From Octopus bimaculoides (lineage: Eukaryota): DNA of 37,144 nt. Shown here piece by piece: positions 34,176-37,144 of the stretch (position 1 is the first letter of the stretch; the number at the start of each line of letters is the position of its first letter). Position numbers and translations under genes: made by a program. The stretch spans positions 12,851,988-12,889,131 of the forward strand of contig NC_069007.1 in NCBI RefSeq assembly GCF_001194135.2, given 5' to 3'. The notes below the pieces were generated by a model. It saw only the letters and a list, made by a program, of their open reading frames with translations. It made no database searches and was not told where the DNA came from.

Positions 34176-34548
34176 GTAAACTCGACTCTGTCAGTCATGA
34201 ATGACCATGGGTGCACCTAAGAGGTTCCCCTCTGGGATACAAGTCTGGGTGGAAAGACACCTCACCAGCAAACACACAACCTAGGGTTGGTTTTATGGAA
34301 GACCAGCAGTCACTCATGCATACCAGCCTCCTCTCTTCACACCACCGATGTTATCCAAGGGAAAGGTAAAAGCCAATACAACTTGGCACCTGTGACGTCA
34401 CAACTCATTTCTACAGCTGAGTGAACCGGAGTCACATGAAATAAAGTGTCTTGCTCAAGAACACAACACACAGCCCGGTCCGGGAATCGAACTCACAACC
34501 TCACGATTGTAAGCTCGACGTTCTAATCACTGAGCCATGTGCCTTCAC
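34176..34548 (-). mobile_element. tRNA-derived SINE family D
   Basis: Head GTGAAGGCACATGGCTCAGTGATTAGA...GAGTTCGATTCC on -; 9-bp TSD ttatgggat (34167-34175 / 34549-34557). Further copies at 18051-18379 and 18732-19076; related head at about 32500-32620. Confidence 0.85.
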
Positions 34549-35101
34549 TTATGGGATATAGTGTCTATGATATATATGGTATCTGCAACAAAATATAATA
34601 TGTTTATGAGATATGGAGTCTATCCTTAGTAGTAAACAAAAAAGCCCTGTTGTCATCTCTGTCCACTACATTACTTGGGTTTAGGTGTGCCCCAGTCAGT
34701 TGGTAACCCCTTGATCTTGCATAAATTTCTATTGCATAATATAATTTGTACCCACATACACAGATGATGTCTTGCAGCAGCTGTAGCCAATTGAACTGAA
34801 TATAGTAATTATTTTCTGCCAATGAGTGATAGGATAAAATGCAATATACGAGCTGACTGGCAGGATCTGAATGCGGTCATTGATGAACGAAATTAGTTAC
34901 TGCTTAGTGTGTTACTATTTACGCTACGCTTACAGATCTGATAATAATATTACAATAAATTGTACTAAGGTACTACTAATAATAATGGTTTCAAGTTTTA
35001 GGGAGTTGGAGTTAGTTGCATGATTATATATTTTATGATTTAAATTTGCCATGTTTTCGAAGGATTGAAGTTAGATTTTCATGTATATTTGAAAGGATTA
35101 A

Positions 35102-35445
35102 CCTTTTAGCATTCAGATAATTGGCATTAAGAAGGGCATCCAGCTGTAGAAACCATGCCAGCTCAGATTGGAATCTGGTGCAGCTCCCTGACTTACCAGT
35201 TTTCAGTCAAACCATCCAACCCATGCCAGCATGGAAAGCAGACGTTAAACGATGATGATGATGATGAGGTGTCATAGATATTGCTTATTTATTCACGTTG
35301 TTTTGAATCAATCATGCTTTCAGATTTTGGTGATCTGATTGTTTATTTTTAGAATAACATTGCAAGGTTGGTGTGAGAGACCTGATCCAGTCAGTTTGAA
35401 CACAAAACAGGTAGAATATTTGGACTGGATATGGTCTGCTTGAAT
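35102..35445. mobile_element. piggyBac-type MITE, family 1, interrupted by a SINE C copy (about 35121-35267)
   Basis: TTAA|CCTTTTAGCATTCAGAT start; the MITE body resumes after a (GAT)n tail. Confidence 0.7.
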
Positions 35446-35515
35446 GAAAGGAAGGGCATCCAGCCATAGAAGCCATGCCAAAATAGACAACTGGAGCCTG
35501 GGTAGCTCTCTAGAA

Positions 35516-36410
35516 CAGAGGTCAGCAAACCAGGGTAAATTATCCCAAGTGGGGTAAAAATGAAATTCTTGGGGTTAATGAGGATTCATTAAACATAAGT
35601 AAAATTACATAAAAAGCGTGTTCCTCATTATGACGGAAATCTTTCTTCTGGCAACACTGCATCTGTCCAATGTAATGGACATGTTTAAGAGACATCACGC
35701 CATTTTGAACTACAAACAGTTTGGTTGTTAAGGCGTTGTCAAGTGACTAAACAGATATTGTTTATCAGTTGTCTATTACCCGCCTTAATCATATTTTTTG
35801 ACACACGTGTTTTTGCTTTGTTTAAGTAGATTTAAGTAGTTATTCAATTCAACCCTTTAACACGGCTCCTGAGCCTCATTTTATTTTATCCTAGGGTCCC
35901 AATATGATGTCTTAATTAATTTTGACATGAGTGGCGTAATATTTTTACACTATACCACACCTCTCAGAAAACCCATAGGAAAGAAATTAAAAAAACAATC
36001 TGCTGGTGGGTCAGGAGGGACTTGCTATCATACCACCACGACCCACTGGCAGGATGTGTGGGAGCCGATGTATTAATGAATCGATTGGACCCTGAAGACT
36101 GCATCCAGATTGCTCTGGCATCAAAATGCCCCAATTTTGATATAACTGTAACAAAAATGAAACATCATTTCTCCTGAAGTGAAAAAGTTTCTAGAAAAAT
36201 CCTTTTGTTTCATAATTAGGATATTAGTTTATTTTATCACATTTGTTTTATAGTTTTTAAATTTATAATTGTATTTTCCATATAAATAGATTCAATAAAC
36301 CTTTTGAATTCAAAGAATCTATCATTTTCTTCCTTAAAAATCAAGGGGGTAATGTCAGTGTAAATAGATATATTTGGGGGTAATTGGTTAAAAAAGTTCC
36401 CCGACCCCTG
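35516..36410. mobile_element. Non-autonomous hAT (Charlie-like) DNA transposon, 895 bp
   Basis: TIRs CAGAGGTCAGCAAAC and (reverse complement) CAGGGGTCGGGGAAC. Perfect 8-bp TSD CTCTAGAA at 35508-35515 and 36411-36418; NTCTAGAN is the known Charlie target. Confidence 0.88.
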
Positions 36411-36540
36411 CTCTAGAATGACAACACTTGTCAAACTGTCCAACCCATGCCAGCATGGAGAATGGATGTTAAATGATGATGGTGATGAAAAGAAAAAGAA
36501 AAGACAAGCAGTAAAATGTGAAAAATTGAATCCTACCAAC

Positions 36541-36693
36541 CATCTCGCTTGGGGTTATACAGACACATAGCAGCTGAACCAATTGTGAGGAGGGTCCTCT
36601 GAACGTTGGTAAGTTTAATGTGCCCTGGGTACTGTAAATCATAGTTCTGGGCTACGCTTGAAGAAAATCTAGCTGTAGATCTGGATATGAGGT
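36541..36693 (-). CDS. COQ4: COQ4 exon 2 (..LISRSTARFSSSVAQNYDLQYPGHIKLTNVQRTLLTIGSAAMCLYNPKRD)
   Basis: ttttcag acceptor and GTTGGT donor on -; 153 nt, phase 1-1; matches human [31 protein letters not shown], preceded by a mitochondrial-presequence-like stretch. Confidence 0.92.
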
Positions 36694-36933
36694 CTGAAAA
36701 GAAGAAAATGAAAGATAAAAGAGAAAAGTGAAAAGGAATTCTCGTAGAGGTACAAGAATCAGGAATTTGGGGGTGGAGAACAGGGACCGGACAAATTAAT
36801 CCTTGTCCTGTTAGGATCAAGTAGAATTTCTTAATCAGATCATAGATGTGTTAGTGTGCGTGTGGTGTTTATGTATGTGTGTGTGTGTAGTGTTTATATG
36901 TACCATGTAGTTGGGAAGCAAGCTTCTTACCAC

Positions 36934-36978
<45 letters not shown>

Positions 36979-37144
36979 AAGGATAAAACCATTAAAGATT
37001 TTATCAGTGGTCATCATATAATAGAGACCTATTAAGGTGAATTCATATACAGAAATTTAGAATAGTATAAAATACAATTATAATTAAGGGCATAGAATAG
37101 ACAATATCTATACTGAAAATAGATGCCAAATCGTCAAACTGCTT

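Overview
AT-rich, microsatellite- and transposon-dense animal genomic DNA with four assembly gaps. The SINE families and CA/TA microsatellite load look like Octopus (recall, not a search). Two spliced housekeeping genes converge tail-to-tail. On + are the last 11 coding exons of ANAPC5 (APC/C subunit 5; 4639-22693, 502 aa in window, 5' exons not visible). On - are five coding exons of COQ4 (36693-27459; exon 1 probably lies beyond the right edge). All introns are GT-AG and the phases join without a frameshift. The rest is mostly mobile DNA: at least five tRNA-derived or LINE-tailed SINE families, RTE-clade LINE relics, non-autonomous Helitrons, piggyBac-type and mariner MITEs, hAT elements and a tRNA-Glu pseudogene. 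Almost all ORFs in the supplied track are artefacts of repeats. I found no convincing new multi-gene system. The best leads are small: a 25-bp stem with an A:C mismatch in the putative ANAPC5 3' UTR, a Helitron hairpin with a double compensatory change, a degenerate hammerhead-like motif, an RTE tail with three C2H2-like fingers, a triplicated COQ4 splice acceptor, AGAAA-targeted SINE insertions and apparent intron gain/loss relative to human.
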